This document shows positions 13,109 through 26,046 of a stretch of DNA of 64,000 bases, piece after piece. Numbering within the stretch: position 1 is the first letter of the stretch; each line of letters opens with the position of its first letter. The translations under genes were made by a program, and so were the position numbers. Source of the stretch: Octopus vulgaris (taxonomy: Eukaryota). Location of the stretch: positions 4,650,001 through 4,714,000 of the forward strand of contig OX597833.1 in the NCBI GenBank assembly GCA_951406725.2. Direction: 5' to 3'. The notes below the pieces were generated by a model. The model saw only the letters and a program-made list of their open reading frames with translations, was not told where the DNA came from and made no database searches.

Positions 13109-14823
13109 AAGAATATATTGTTTTGCAACAGACAAAAATGCTATTTCTGAAATCTCTTTAACAGATCAATGCCCTGCTCTTCTACTGACAAGTAAGAGTC
13201 ACTTTGACATTGGCTGTCTTCACAGACATGATGGTCATGCATGACTGCACTTGTTGTGGTGGTGGCTGTTATTGTAAGGCCGCGAGTTGGCAGAAACATT
13301 AACACACCGGTAGAAATGCGTAGCTGTATTTCGTCTGCCGTTACGTTCTGAGTTCAAATTCCGCCGAGGTCGACATTACCTTTCATCCTTTCGGGATCGA
13401 TTAAATAAGTACCAGTTGCGCACTGGGGTCGATGTAATCGACTTAATCCGTGTGTCTGTCCTTGTTTGTCCCCTCTGTGTTTAGCCCCTTGTGGGTAGTA
13501 AAGAAATAGTTATTGTTAAAAGAAGTATATTGTTTCTCTCTCTATGTATGTATATGTATTTCTTTACTACCCACAAGGGGCTAAACATAGAGGGGACAAA
13601 CAAGGACAGACATAGGGTTTAAGTCGATTACATCGACCCCAGTGGGAAACTGGTACTTTATTTATCGACCCCCCGAAAGGATGAAAGGCAAAGTTGACCT
13701 CAGCGAAATTTGAACTCAGAACGTAACGACAGGCGAAATATGGCTACGCATTTCGCCCAGCGTGTTAACGTTTCTGCCAGCTCTCCGTATGTGTGTATAT
13801 GTGTGGAGGCCTGGTGGCCTTCCCAGACTAGGCATTGTGAGTGTTTGTCAACTGGAAACACTTAACCCTTTTGTTACCCTATTTCTGTTGAGATGCTTTG
13901 TGTTTCTTTCAATTAATTTTAAATATATCAAAGAATGCTGAGAAACTTCCTTAAAGAATTTTTAGTTGAATGTATTGATCCCAGAACTTTTTTAGATGAT
14001 TTTCAACTTGTGCATGAAGTTAAGCTTAGGTCTCTCCACTTGCTAAAAATAACAGCCAAATCTCTTGTTTTTTGTTTTTAGTGTAATTCCACATAAACAA
14101 AGATGGAAACCATGATTGTAAAAAACTTATTTTCCAAATATTTATTCCATTATCATCTGCGTGACACCTTAAGCAACTGTCTTCTATTATAACCCTGGGT
14201 CGACCAAAGCCTTGTGAGTGGATTTGGAAAAGGGAAACTGATAGAAGCCCGTCATGTGTGTGTGTGTGTGTGATGTTGGTGTTTACGTCCCCGTAACTTA
14301 GCAGTTCGGCAAAAGGACCGATAGAATAAGTACTAGGCTTACAAAGAATAAGTCTTGGGATCGATTTCTTCGACTAAAGGTGGTGCTGCAGCATGGCCAC
14401 AGTCAAATGACTGGAACAAGTAAAAGAATAAAAGTATATAGACAAATATATATATATATAAAATATATATAGGGAGAGTTTACGAAAAAAACAGAAGACG
14501 AAGACAGGTGGTGTTGAAAACAAACAGATGTATTAGTGTAACGCTCAGGAATAGAAAAAGTCTTTTACGTTTCGAGCCTACGCTCTTCTACGGAAAGGGA
14601 CACAGAAAAAAACAAGGAGAGAAACATATATATATATATATAGGTGGCACGTAAAAAAAAGCACCCACTACACTCACGGAGTGGTTGGCGTTAGGAAGGG
14701 CATCCAGCTGTAGAAACATTGCCAGATAAGACTGGAGCCTGGTGCAGCCTTCTGGCTTCCCAGATCCCCGGTCGAACCGTCCAACCCATGCTAGCATGGA
14801 GAACGGACGTTAAACGATGATGA

Positions 14824-14865
<42 letters not shown>

Positions 14866-15259
14866 AATTATATATATATAATAAATTATATATATACACA
14901 CACATGTAAAAAAAACTACAAAAATAAACAAATGTGGGAGAACATGGGGTGGGGGGATCTTTCCTCAATTTCTTATTGCCGCTCTGTACTCGACTAACAA
15001 TTCGTTCTGAAGTATATTGAGTTCTACATCAGGTTATTAGCGTAGATCAATGCCTGAGCGAAAACTATATAAGCCTACAGACACACTCACACGCTCACAT
15101 ACACAGTAAAGCGAAAATGAAACGGAAGGGACAGAACTCCAGGAAGACAAACGCAAGTTATTCAGGGGAGATCACTAAGACGGCATTCTGTTGGAAAACT
15201 TTTTAAAAATATATTTGTGAATAAAAAAGGTGAATTTAAAGAATTTGGAAAATTATGAT

Positions 15260-15841
15260 TTTTTTCTACTCTAGGCACAAGGCCTGAAAATTTTGGGGAG
15301 GGGACCAGTCGATTAGATCGACCCCAGTACGCAACTGGTACTTAATTTATCGACCCTGAAAGGATGAAAGGCAAAGTCGACCTCGGCGGAATTTGAACTC
15401 AGAACGTAAAGACAGACAAAATACCTATTTCTTTACTACCCACAAGGGTCTAAACACAGAGAGGACAAACAAGGACAGACAAACGGATTAAGTCGATTAT
15501 ATCGACCCCAGTGCATAACTGGTACTTATTTAATCGACGCTGAAAGGATGAAAGGCAAAGTCGACCTTGGCGGAATTTGAACTCAGAACATAGCGGCAGG
15601 CAAAATACCTATTTCTTTACTAGCCACAAGGGGATAAACACAGAGGGGATAAACAAGGACAGACAAAGGTATTAAGTCGATTATATCGACCCCAGTGCGT
15701 AACTGGTACTTATTTAATCGACGCTGAAAGGATGAAAGGCAAAGTCGACCTCGGCGGAATTTGAACTCAGAACATAGCGGCAGGCAAAATACCGCTGAGC
15801 ATTTCGCCCAGCGTGCTAACGTTTCTGCCAGCTCGCCGCCT
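15260..15841 (-). mobile_element. Family B SINE trimer (head, two tail-1 units, terminal tail-2 unit)
   Basis: Three central domains; the last unit ends in the alternative tail ...AAATTTTCAGGCCTTGTGCCTAGAGTAGAAAA. A dimer of the same design is at 59364-59737(+). Confidence 0.85.
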
Positions 15842-16712
15842 TGGATTTGGAAAATTATGATTATAAAAGAATTACAAAACGGATTTATAATTGCATGCAC
15901 ACATTCATATATGTATGTTTCCAAGGTGTTTAACGACCTATATTTAGTTTCAAATTTTGGAACAATGCCAGCAATTTTGAAGAAGGGGATAAGTCAATGA
16001 TATTGACCCCAGTGTGCAGCTGGTACTAATTTATATTGACCCTGAATGGATGAAAGGCATATGATCTTAATTGTCGTGGATATATATTTTTGTCCATGTT
16101 TTATGCTTGGAATGCTTTGAAAATTTTTCGGCCAGAATCGGCCCAGGCCATGCTTAACTTAATGGCATCACCTGGAAAAGACCATTAACGATGTTTCATA
16201 TTACAATCATTCTTTGGGCACCAAATACCATTCTAGTAAAGAATTACTGTGTGTAGATATATATCGGGTTATAGATGGCTTATCTGGAAATCGTTGGAGA
16301 TATTCGTCCAGAGACCATTTGAAGATTATGAGATCTCTCTTAAAGAGAGCTGGGCAAGTTGAAGGGAAATAGTTGTCATAGTGTTGTGATGTTGAAGAGG
16401 ATGGATCACATGGGGACCAAACCCTGGGTGAATTTTAAGATGATGCCAACATCATTTGGACAATGCTGTTGGAATATTTTTCACAAGACGATTCCAATAA
16501 TCGAGACTTGTCATGTTGTCTGTTTTTCTTGTGATCGATTTCTGGGGCAATTTTAGTTTTTATAAGATTCTGTTTTGTGTAGGCAGATCACAAAAGACAA
16601 CAGTATTCAAGATGGAGAAGGGAAGAATAATGGTAGAAGCACTTCCAGACCAAAAAGACCTAAGGACCTAGGAGCATGCCCTGTGGGCTTTAAGAATAAA
16701 TTATATATCAAT

Positions 16713-16752
<40 letters not shown>

Positions 16753-16764
16753 TACACACACATA

Positions 16765-17660
16765 TGCATCATTATCATCATTTAACGTCCATTTTTTCCA
16801 TGCTGGCTTGGGTTGGACTGCTTAACAAGAACTGGCAAAGGCCAGAAGCAGCACCAGGTTCCATAGTCTGTTTTGGTTTGGTTTCTACAGCTGGATGCCC
16901 TTCCTGGTGCCAACCACTTTACCAGGTGTATTGAGTGCTTCTTACATGGGACCATCATCATTAGTGCTTTTATGTAGCACTTTGGTTTTAGGGTTTCAAT
17001 TCTGTTGTGGTGAAGGGGTCTTCTCGAGTACAGCAGTGCCCTAAATATTCCGGTCCTACGTCATCTTGTTTGTAAGGATCAATAGTTTGAGATTGGCTTT
17101 CAATACTTTGTCCCATGTCTTCCGGTACCATTTAAGAAGAGTGGTGTCGGTGCACGCATTCGCGTATCTCGCATCCGCGCTTGCTAGTCGTGACTAGTCA
17201 ATCCTTACTTTGTGTTTTTGTTTTATTTACTGTGCTTAATATAATTATTTACTTTGTGTAAAAAAATATTTATTTTGTGTTTTATTCACTTTGCTCGGTA
17301 GTCGTTGTAGGATTGACTAGTCACGACTAGTTAGCGCGACTACGCGACTGTGTGCCCCGGGACCACTCTTCTTAAATAGTACCATGTCTTCCTGGGTCTC
17401 CCTCTTCCGCAACTTCCCTCCACTAAGTGACCGGCACTTGTTTATGCAACTGTCCTTAATCCACATCACATGGACCAAACCAGTGCAGTCTCCTCTTATG
17501 CCCAACTTTCCCCTCGAGACCCTAATGCTCTGTTGCACATGTACACTAACATTGCACATCCAGTTTTGTTCCTCTCTAGTCTTCTCATATCCCCTACATT
17601 CAGGGCCCATGCGTCACTGCCATGTAGCATTGCAGTTTACAGACATGCATTATACGATCT
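16765..17660 (-). mobile_element. RTE-clade LINE 3' end (ORF end, 3'UTR, (GAT)n tail), interrupted by a MITE
   Basis: GRPRKTW-type coding remnant continues into the AGGAAGGGCATCCAGCTGTAGAAAC module and GAT tail, which links family C to the RTE 3'UTR. Confidence 0.8.
17124..17383. mobile_element. Foldback MITE with 9-bp TSD (Mutator-like)
   Basis: TIR GGTACCATTTAAGAAGAGTGGT / ACCACTCTTCTTAAATAGTACC; TSD ATGTCTTCC at 17115-17123 and 17384-17392; subterminal inverted CTAGTCGTGACTAGTC blocks. Confidence 0.9.
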
Positions 17661-18399
17661 TCATTTCACTCCTTTCTGTTTCTCAAATAGCTCTCTCCTC
17701 TTCCATACTCCATCTTGTAATCTCACATATCTGCTTCCATTCTCAACACCCTCTCATATCCACCACCATACCCAACTTACTATACACACCTTTATCTACC
17801 TGTACATCTCTCTCTCCATTGGTCCTACATTTTGCATTTTGTATCAGAAGTCTAAATGAGAGTTTCTCTCATGGCATCTACCGCAGTATAGCTTGTTCTA
17901 ACAGAGCATCCACATTTAGGTGAGGATTAAAGATTATCTCTTGGTATTAATACTGCCTCTCATCATCATTGTTTAACGTCCGTTTTCCATGCTAGCATGG
18001 GTTGGACTGTTCAACCAGGCTCTGGAAGGCCAGGAGGCTGCACCAGGCTCCAGTCTGATCTGGCAGTGTTTCTATGGCTGGATGCCCTTCCTAACGCCAA
18101 CCAATCCGTGAGTGTAGTGGGTGCTTTTTACATGCCACCAGCACAGGTGCCAGGGGAGGCTGGCAACGGCCAGGATCGGTTGCCTCTGTTGCTAATATAT
18201 ACACAAAAGTAGATGTCATGACAGATTTTGATTATTGGCATGGACGAAACTTTATTCCTTCTAATACTGTTGTGAGTGCCATATCCTTTGTATAATATAG
18301 AGAATATTCCATCAACATTGCTCAAATGATGTTGGCATCAACTTTAAAATTCATCCAAAGCTCTAAGGCTCATACCATCTGCCTTCCACAAAAACCATG

Positions 18400-18560
18400 C
18401 TTGTGTTACATCACAATACAAAGACAAAGCTATTCCACTTCAACTGGCCTGGCTCTCTTTAACATTGTACTAAGGCACACAAGAACAAAATTTCATAACA
18501 TTCAAATGTTCCTGGAAGAATATTTCCAACAAATTCCAGATAAACCACATACATTCTTTA
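18400..18560 (+). mobile_element. Decayed CR1/L2-group LINE ORF2 C-terminal remnant
   Basis: ORF 18326..18586 contains STGLALFNIVLRH...FLEEYFQQIPDKP, the same motif pattern as 19511-19741. Confidence 0.5.
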
Positions 18561-19510
18561 ATTATAAATTTAACTTGTATATATAAGTTAAGGAGCTTGC
18601 TTCCTAACTACATGGTTTCGGGTTCAGTCCCACTGCGTGGCACTTTGGGTAGGTGTCTTCCGCTATAGCCCCGAGTCGACCGAAGCTTTGTGATTGAATT
18701 CGGTAGGTGGAAGTTACTGCCGTGTGTGTATGTGTGCGTATAGCTGCTCAGTGCCTCTCCGAAAGAGAGAGAGAGGGAAATTTAGAATTGAAGAATTAAG
18801 GTTTAAAAAGGAAGTGTTAAATGCCGGATCCAAGCATAGCTTCAGGGTAAGTCCCAGGTTGTATGCCAGCAGAGCACATTCACCACTTATGGTTACCAGG
18901 TGTCATCAGCGTTGCTGTGCATTTGTCGTCACATCTATGTTGGATTCCAAGGTGCACATAGGGTATAATTTACATGATTGCTATGGAAGGCAGAGTATAA
19001 CTAGAAACTTTATTAGCACAACAATCGTTTCGGCTTCATTCAGCACTGCTCCTTAGTGGGTGTGGGATGATGTAATGACAACAGATGCAGTGCACAATGC
19101 AAAAGAACCTTATCAGGTGATGTAACATGCCTCAAAAGTTACTAGATTTACATTTCATTATTGCTCCATCATCCTCACTATCACCACTGCTACTACTACT
19201 ACTATCATCAGTAACTTATCTTGAACCCCTGCTGGGTATAAAGACTACCATCAAAGGTCAGTACCCCAAACTGGAGTGTCTCTTCAATAAATGCTTTTTG
19301 CATTTACTTATTATTTATTTGTTTTTATTTCAACCCAGTCTACTTTTAATTCATCTCCTTTTATCTGTTTATATATATATTTAGATATTTGTATTTCTTC
19401 CCTGGCTTCCTGCTCCACCTTCACCCTTTTATCACAATATTTCTATTGAGGCACACAACCCTTGTTTCAGTTAAGTTTGAAAGTAATGAAAGATTTTTTT
19501 AAAATGATAT

Positions 19511-19825
19511 AGGACAAGATACTGTGATAGCCTGGGCTTCAGAGGCCCACAGCTCTTCAATATCCTCCTGAAGAACCTGAGAGACCTGTATGGGGTGAAT
19601 GCAGATGTCTTTAAAATAAAACTGGATCTCTTCCTGTCAGGTGTCTCAGATGAACCAACTTCACGGCAGGAGGTGCAGATGAGGGCAGCTGCATCGAACT
19701 CTCTCATGCACCAAATGGCAATTGCTAAAAAGCATTCGTGAAGTAAAATCATGTAGCAACACCGAATGGCGGTGCCCCAGCATGGCCACAGCTCGTGAGC
19801 TGAAACTAGATAAAATTTAAAAAAT
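19511..19825 (+). mobile_element. 3' end of a CR1/L2-group LINE (ORF2 C-terminus plus 3'UTR)
   Basis: Open frame RTRYCDSLGFRGPQLFNILLKNLRDLYGVNADVFKIKLDLFLSGVSDEP...RAAASNSLMHQ (stop 19739-19741) fits the GP.LFN.LP..LR...FK..LD.FL..VPD.P ending of such ORF2s. A second 3'UTR copy is at about 20660-20750(-). Confidence 0.8.
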
Positions 19826-19829
19826 ATTA

Positions 19830-20227
19830 GGCGCAGGAGTGGCTGTGTGGTAAGTAGCTTGCTAACCATTCACATGATTCCGGGTTCAGTCCCACTGCGT
19901 GGCATCTTGGGTAAGTGTCTTCTGCTATAGCCCCGGGCCGACCAATGCCTTGTGAGTGGATTTGGTAGACAGAAACTGAAAGAAGCCTGTCGTATATATG
20001 TATATATATATATATGTGTGTGTATTTGTTTGTGTGTCTATGTTTGTCCCCCTAGCATTGCTTGACAACCGATGCTGGTGTGTTTACGTCCCTTTAGCGG
20101 TTCGGCAAAAGAGACCGATAAAATAAGTACTGGGCTTACAAAGAATAAGTCCCGGGGTCGATTTGCTCGACTAAAGGCGGTGCTCCAGCATGGCCGCAGT
20201 CAAATGACTGAAACAAGTAAAAGAGTA
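19830..20227 (+). mobile_element. Family A SINE, full length
   Basis: Same as 7606-7990. Other copies at about 2488-2863(+), 11335-11767(-), 11972-12375(+), 14160-14435(+), 20933-21317(-), 27985-28376(+), 28418-28780(+), 43050-43320(-), 53890-54252(-). Confidence 0.9.
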
Positions 20228-22293
20228 ATATCTTTGTTGCTTTTAAGCTGGGGTCAAGAATATAAATTTACACCAAACCTTGATGGCAGGCTTTAATTTA
20301 GGTCATTTCAAAGGAGGGAATTTGTATCATAGAATCAAAGTCCATCTCCTCCAGGTCTGAATTGAAAGGGGTCAGCTCTTAGCTTTCACCTTCTGTTGCT
20401 CCCCATTCACTGTATTTATTTATTGATTTTCTTTTGTATTTTTTATTTTATCTCTTTCCATTGAATTCTTTTATTGAATTCACAAACACCTTGTTCTCTC
20501 TTCTTCTTTCTCCTTTTCTTTATTTCCCTATTTTGTTTCTTTTTCTTCTTTTTACATTTTTTCTCACACACACAAACAGGCAAACATCCTGTTTATTATA
20601 AGCCATTGACCTCTTGACTCTTCACCAAGCAAAAATATAATAAATACATTCTTTTATTCTTTTTGATTTGATTTTTGATTTTTCCAGTTTCAGCTTATGA
20701 GCTGTGGCCATGCTGGGGCACCGCCATTTGGTGTTGCTACTTGGTTTCACTTCACTTTTACTTGTTTCAGTCATTTGACTGCAGCCATGCTGAAGCACCA
20801 CCTTTAGTCAAACAAATCCACCCCAGGACTTATTCTCTGTAAGCCTAGTACTAGACTTGAACACACCAACATTGATTGTCAAATGATGGGGGTGGGTGGG
20901 GGCACAAACACTGACACATAAACATATACTCCTTACTCTTTTACTTGTTTCAGTCATTTGACTGCGGCCATGCTGGAGCACCGCCTTTAATCGAGCAACT
21001 CGACTCCGGGACTTATTCTTTTGTAAGCCCAGTACTTATTCTATCGGTCTCTTTTGCCGAACCGCTAAGTGACAGGGACATAAACACACCAGTATCGGTT
21101 GTCAAGCAATGCTAGGGGGACAAACAGAGACACACAAACATACACGCACACATACGATGGGCTTCTTTCAGTTTCCGTCTACCAAATCCACTCACAAGGC
21201 TTTGGTCGGCCCGAGGCTATAGTAGAAGACACTTGCCCAAGGTGCCACGCAGTAGGACTGAACCCAGAACTATGTGGTTGGTAAACAAGCTACTTACCAC
21301 ACAGCCACTCCTGCACCTATATTAGAAGAAATGAGGTACTCAGAAATCCGGATGGTTTTATATTTACAGATATTTACTAATATGTCACATGTTTTTATAA
21401 ATCACCCACTACACTCACGGAGTGTTTGGCGTTAGGAAGGGCATCCAGCCGTAGAAACACTGCCAGATTTGACTGGGCCTGATGAAGCCTTCTGGCTTCA
21501 CAGACCCCAGTAGAACCGTCCAACCCATGCTAGCATGGAAAACGGACGCTAAACGATGATGATGATGATATCAGCCCTTGCATCCACTCTAGTGGATTCT
21601 TCAGATTGAACTTTTTCAGGAATTTTTTCTTTTTTTATAGTATTATTGAGTGTGTAGGGGTGGAGAAAGATATAAGATAGTACAAGAGGGTGAGGAATTG
21701 GGAGAAAGTGAGAGAGCTTGTGTGTGTGTGTGTGTGTGCTTTTGTATTTGAATGGAGTGTCAATGGAAAAGAGATGGAAAGGAAGAAGGAAGAGAGAAAG
21801 AAGAAAAAAATGTGTTGACATCTTTGCAGCTGGTCAGTTCTTTCAATAGGAAGAGATTCTTGACTTTTAGAAATGGCAAACCCAGGTGGTCACTTCAAGG
21901 AGGGGGTAAATGTTATTTTTCAAAAAATTGTCTGGATTTCTTTTTATCATTGTCTTGAGAGAGAGAGAGAGAGAGAGAAAGAGTGTGTGTTGGTGCCTGA
22001 GTATCAGTTCCCCAAAAGAGACCCACAGAATAAGTACTAGGCTTACAAAGAATAAGTCCTGGGGGGTCGATTTCTTTGACTACAAAAACCCTTTAGGGCA
22101 GTGTTCCAGCATGGCTGCTGTCGAATGACTGAAACAAATAAAAGAATAGAAAACAAATATATAAATGTAATCATCATCAACATCATCATCATCATCTAAT
22201 GTCTGTTTTCCTTGCTGGTATGGGTTGGAAGGTTTGAAAGGAGTCCTGGAGGCAGAGAACAGCACCAAACTGCACTGTCTAGTTTCCCTAATC

Positions 22294-22494
22294 CAGTGCT
22301 TTTCAACATTTTTGCTGGAGCGGAACCCCAAGGAAACATTCCACTGGCTCGAGGAACCCCTGTGCAATAATTTAATAGACTTATGCACACATATCTGCAC
22401 AGGAGGATTAAAAATTACTGCCGATTTTAGCAGTTTTGTAACTTCTTGCGGAACCCCTGGACTGTACTGGCGGAACCCTGGTTGAAAACCACTG
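22294..22494. mobile_element. hAT-type MITE
   Basis: TIR CAGTGCTTTTCAAC / GTTGAAAACCACTG with perfect 8-bp TSD CCCTAATC. Near-identical copy at about 44134-44353. Confidence 0.92.
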
Positions 22495-22692
22495 CCCTAA
22501 TCCTCTGGCTTCCGAGCACCTCTCAGACTGTCCAACCCATGCCAGCATGGAAAATGGATGTTGAATGGTGATGGCAATATATATAGGTGCAGGCGTGGAT
22601 CTGTGGTAAGAAGTTTACTTCCCAACCACATTGTTCCAGGTTCAGTCCCATTGTCTGCATTTCTGGCAGTTTTCTTCTACTATAACCCCAGG

Positions 22693-23011
22693 TTGTGGAG
22701 GCACATGGCCTTGAGGTTAGAGCAGCGGACTTGCAGTTGAGGGATCGTGGGTTCGAATCTCTGACCAGGCGTTGTGTGTGTTTATGAGTGAAACACCTAA
22801 GCTCCACGTGGCTCTTCCACAAGGTAATGGCACATTTCTTCTGACTCTTTCACCACAACTTTCTCTCACTCTTTCCTCCTGCATCTTGCAGTTCACCTGC
22901 GACGGACCAGCGTCCCGTCCAGGTGGGGGGAACTTATAATGCCAATGAAACTGGGAAACGAGCCCTTATGAGCCAGGCATGGCTCAAGAAGGAACAAACA
23001 TCAACAACAAC
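22693..23011 (+). mobile_element. tRNA-headed V-domain-like SINE nested in a family A SINE
   Basis: A-box-like TGGCCTTGAGGTTAGAGC, B-box GGTTCGAATCT, V-like CCTGCGACGGACCAGCGTCCCGTCCAGG, (ACA)n tail; TSD ATA(A/G)CCCCAGG at 22682-22692 and 23012-23022. Confidence 0.8.
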
Positions 23012-23610
23012 ATAGCCCCAGGCCGGCTAAAGCCTCGTGAGTGGACTTGGTAGATGGAAACTGAAAGAAGCTTGTTGTATGTATGTGTGTGTTTGTGTTA
23101 ATGTTTGTCTGCCACCATTGATTGACAATGGCTGGTTTGTTTAACTTAGCAGTCCAGCAAAGGAAACTGATAGCATAAATACCTGACTTAAAATAATACA
23201 GAGGGCTCAATTTTTCCCTACTAAAGCCTTCAAGGTGGTGCCCCAGCATGGCCACAATCCAAGCAACAGATCAATATATATACATTTGTGTGTGTGTGTG
23301 TGTGTGTGTGGATAGAGAGATAGATGATAGTTTTAACTGGAAGAATATTCTTCAGCTGCTGTTGCCTGGGCAGTGCTTAATTAGTGAGTACAAATGGTGA
23401 GTTTATGTAAACCCAATCTCTGTCAAGGTTTCTCTGATATTCTGTCCCCAACACCCAACTCCCCCTTTCCCCTCTCTCGTCTGGCTATTTGCCTGACTGT
23501 CTGTCCATCTGTCTGTGTGTCTATCTTCTCAGTCAGTCAGAAATCTATTTTCGTCCAAGCCACAGTTTCTCATTACCAGCATTCATTATGCTATGCTATG
23601 TGCAATCTAG

Positions 23611-23800
23611 ACCTCCTCCTCCACCTCCTCTCCTTCTACCTCCTCTTCTTCTTCTTCCTCCTCTTCTTCTTCTTCTTCCTCCTCCTCCTCCTCCTCCAGC
23701 TCCTCTTCTTCCTCCTCCTCTACTTCTTCCTCCTCTACCTCCTCTTCTTCTTCTTCCTCCTCTTCTTCGTCTTCCTCCTCTACCCTCTCCCTCTCCTCTA
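23611..23800 (+). repeat. (CTC/CTT)n polypyrimidine microsatellite
   Basis: Triplet CCT/CTT runs; similar C/T tract at 2020-2255. Confidence 0.95.
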
Positions 23801-24429
23801 CAGACTACAGAATCCTATCTTGGTAAACTAGGAAGTTCTCTGCCAGTTCTTCATTTTGCACTCGCATCCTTGACATTTTCCATTTCATACGTTTTTTTTC
23901 TTCTTTGTTACAAATTATCTTTTTTACACCTCACACACACACACACACATGCAATTAAACACGTATGCATAACCCTATACAAAACCACATTCATATCTAC
24001 GCTTACAACCACTCACACACACACCTATATAAAGAACATAACCACATACAATTACACACACACACAAATCGCATAAATAGAAACCTACATACGTGAGACA
24101 CCATGTTCTCTCCTCTCTCTCACACACATACACACACAAGCACATAATCACATATATTTAGAGAAACCTACACATAACCACGTCTCCTTTCTCACACACA
24201 CAAGATCTCACAGATAATCTCATATACAAATATGCACATAGTCACACATACACACAATCTTAGCATTTTCTCTTTTGGCTTTTTGGTGCTTCTTGCAAAT
24301 TCCTCAACAGGATGAAAAGTAAAGCTGCCTACCCTCTGTGGGATTTGAACCCAGGGTTTTAGAACAAACAGCACAAGGCATTTTATCCGATGCTTTAACA
24401 ACTCTACCAATTCGCCACCTTAATCTACC

Positions 24430-24785
24430 AGCATGGCTCAGTGGTTAGAGCATCGGGTTTACAATCACAAGGTTGTGAGTTCGATTCCTGAACTGGGCAG
24501 TGTGTTGTGTCTTTTGAGCAAGACACTTTATTTTCATGTTGCTCCAATTCACTCGTCTGTAGAAATGAGTTGCAATGTCACTGGTGTCAAGTTGTATCGG
24601 CCCCTTTGCCTCTCCTTGGGATAACATTGGTGGCATTGAGAGGGGAGGCTGGTACGCATGGGTAACTGCTGGTCTTCCGTAAACAACCATGCCTGGCTTG
24701 TACCTTGGAGGGGAACTTTCTAGGTGTAATAGAGTAATCCCATGGTCATTCATGACTGAAGGGGGTCTTTACCATTACTTTTTAT
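24430..24785 (+). mobile_element. tRNA-headed CORE-type SINE (different family)
   Basis: TGGCTCAGTGGTTAGAGC A-box, GAGTTCGATTCC B-box, TTGAGCAAGACACTT core. Confidence 0.75.
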
Positions 24786-24819
24786 CAGTTGGAGGTGGAG
24801 AGGAGGATTAGCAGAAATA

Positions 24820-26046
24820 TGAAGTTCTTGAGAAGACCCGCCCACATCAGCAAAACTAAGTTCTAGAAGCACTGTGTGTCCCACCCACATTTAACACATT
24901 CTTCACACACTCTACCCCAACAAACCAAACAACATCGCTATATCTCTTCCCTTCCTCACATTTCCACTTCCTGCATTCTGATTACCCCCCCACTCCCCAA
25001 TCTATCCTCTTGGCCCCGTGCCACTGCATCATTGCTCTCCGCTTGCCTCCAACCTATGTGTCCTACCCATATGCCCTGTCTCACTCTACCATCTACTTGC
25101 TAGCCCCTGATCTGTGTGTTCCACCCCCACACACAACTCCTTCATACACTATGTCTAGCTCTCACTTCCAATCCTGTCCCCACAGCCCTGTTCCTCTGTA
25201 TCATTGCTGTCCAGTAGCCCCTCCAACTCTCTATATATACACATCTTTTGCCACTTACTCACACTCTTTAATCACACTCCCTTCACAATAACCTGCCACT
25301 TATATTATGGCATTTGAACCTCAAGGGTATGCCCTGGCACTTGCCACCATCTATATCTCCCACTTCCTTTACTCAACCATCCCTTTTATATTCTGATCCT
25401 TGTTCCTTGTGAGTATGCCCAGCATTTTGCCTCCATCTCCATCCTGGTGTCTCTCACTCTCTCTCCTTCTCCTGCACTTCCCTTGGGTTGGGTAACCATA
25501 TATTTCCTTTGTGGTAGCACACCTGTTTCTGTCTTCATTCCTGATCTTTCTCTCCCTCCAGCCAGGTAACCTTGTACTTCCTCTACAGCAACACACCTGT
25601 ATCTGTCTCACTATAACCTTTCATCATCCAACACAAGATCACCTCCTCCAATGCCTCTTCCCCTCTTGAAAGTTTATTTATTTGTTTGTCTTGCAAGCAC
25701 TTGGTGACCCTGTCAGTGCAGGTGCCACTTAAAAGCACCCAGTCCACACTGTAAAGTGGTTGGCATTTGGAAGGGCATCCAGCTGTACAACCTTTGCCAA
25801 AACTGAACTCAGCTGTGCTTGTGCCATATAAAAAGCACTATTCACCTCACCTGTGCTGGTGTCACGTAAAGAGCATTAAGTCCATCCTGCTGAGTGGTTG
25901 GTGTTAGGAAGGGTATCCAGCCCTAAAAATCCTGCTAAAACAGTCACAGAAGTCTGGTGCAGGCTTTGGCCTAGCCGGCTCTTGTGAAACCGTCCTACCT
26001 ATACTAGCATGGAAGGTAGATGTCAAATGAAGATGATGATGATGAT
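24820..26046 (+). mobile_element. RTE LINE long 3'UTR ending in family C module and (GAT)n tail
   Basis: 24830-25190 is homologous to 10371-10640 and 9540-9577 on the minus strand. Ends with two GGAAGGG(C/T)ATCCAGC modules and GAT repeats. Confidence 0.7.

Noticed and set aside
18861-18920. Minus-strand CTGATGA-CACC...GGTG hammerhead candidate
   Set aside because: GAAT instead of GAAA and stem I out of register.
23394-24076. Pro/Leu-rich 195-aa and Phe/Leu-rich 145-aa ORFs
   Set aside because: Derived from the CCT/CTT triplet repeat.
24433-24505. tRNA gene candidates here and at 22700-22765 and 29310-29350
   Set aside because: A/B boxes or a B box only, no closed cloverleaf; the first two continue directly into SINE bodies.
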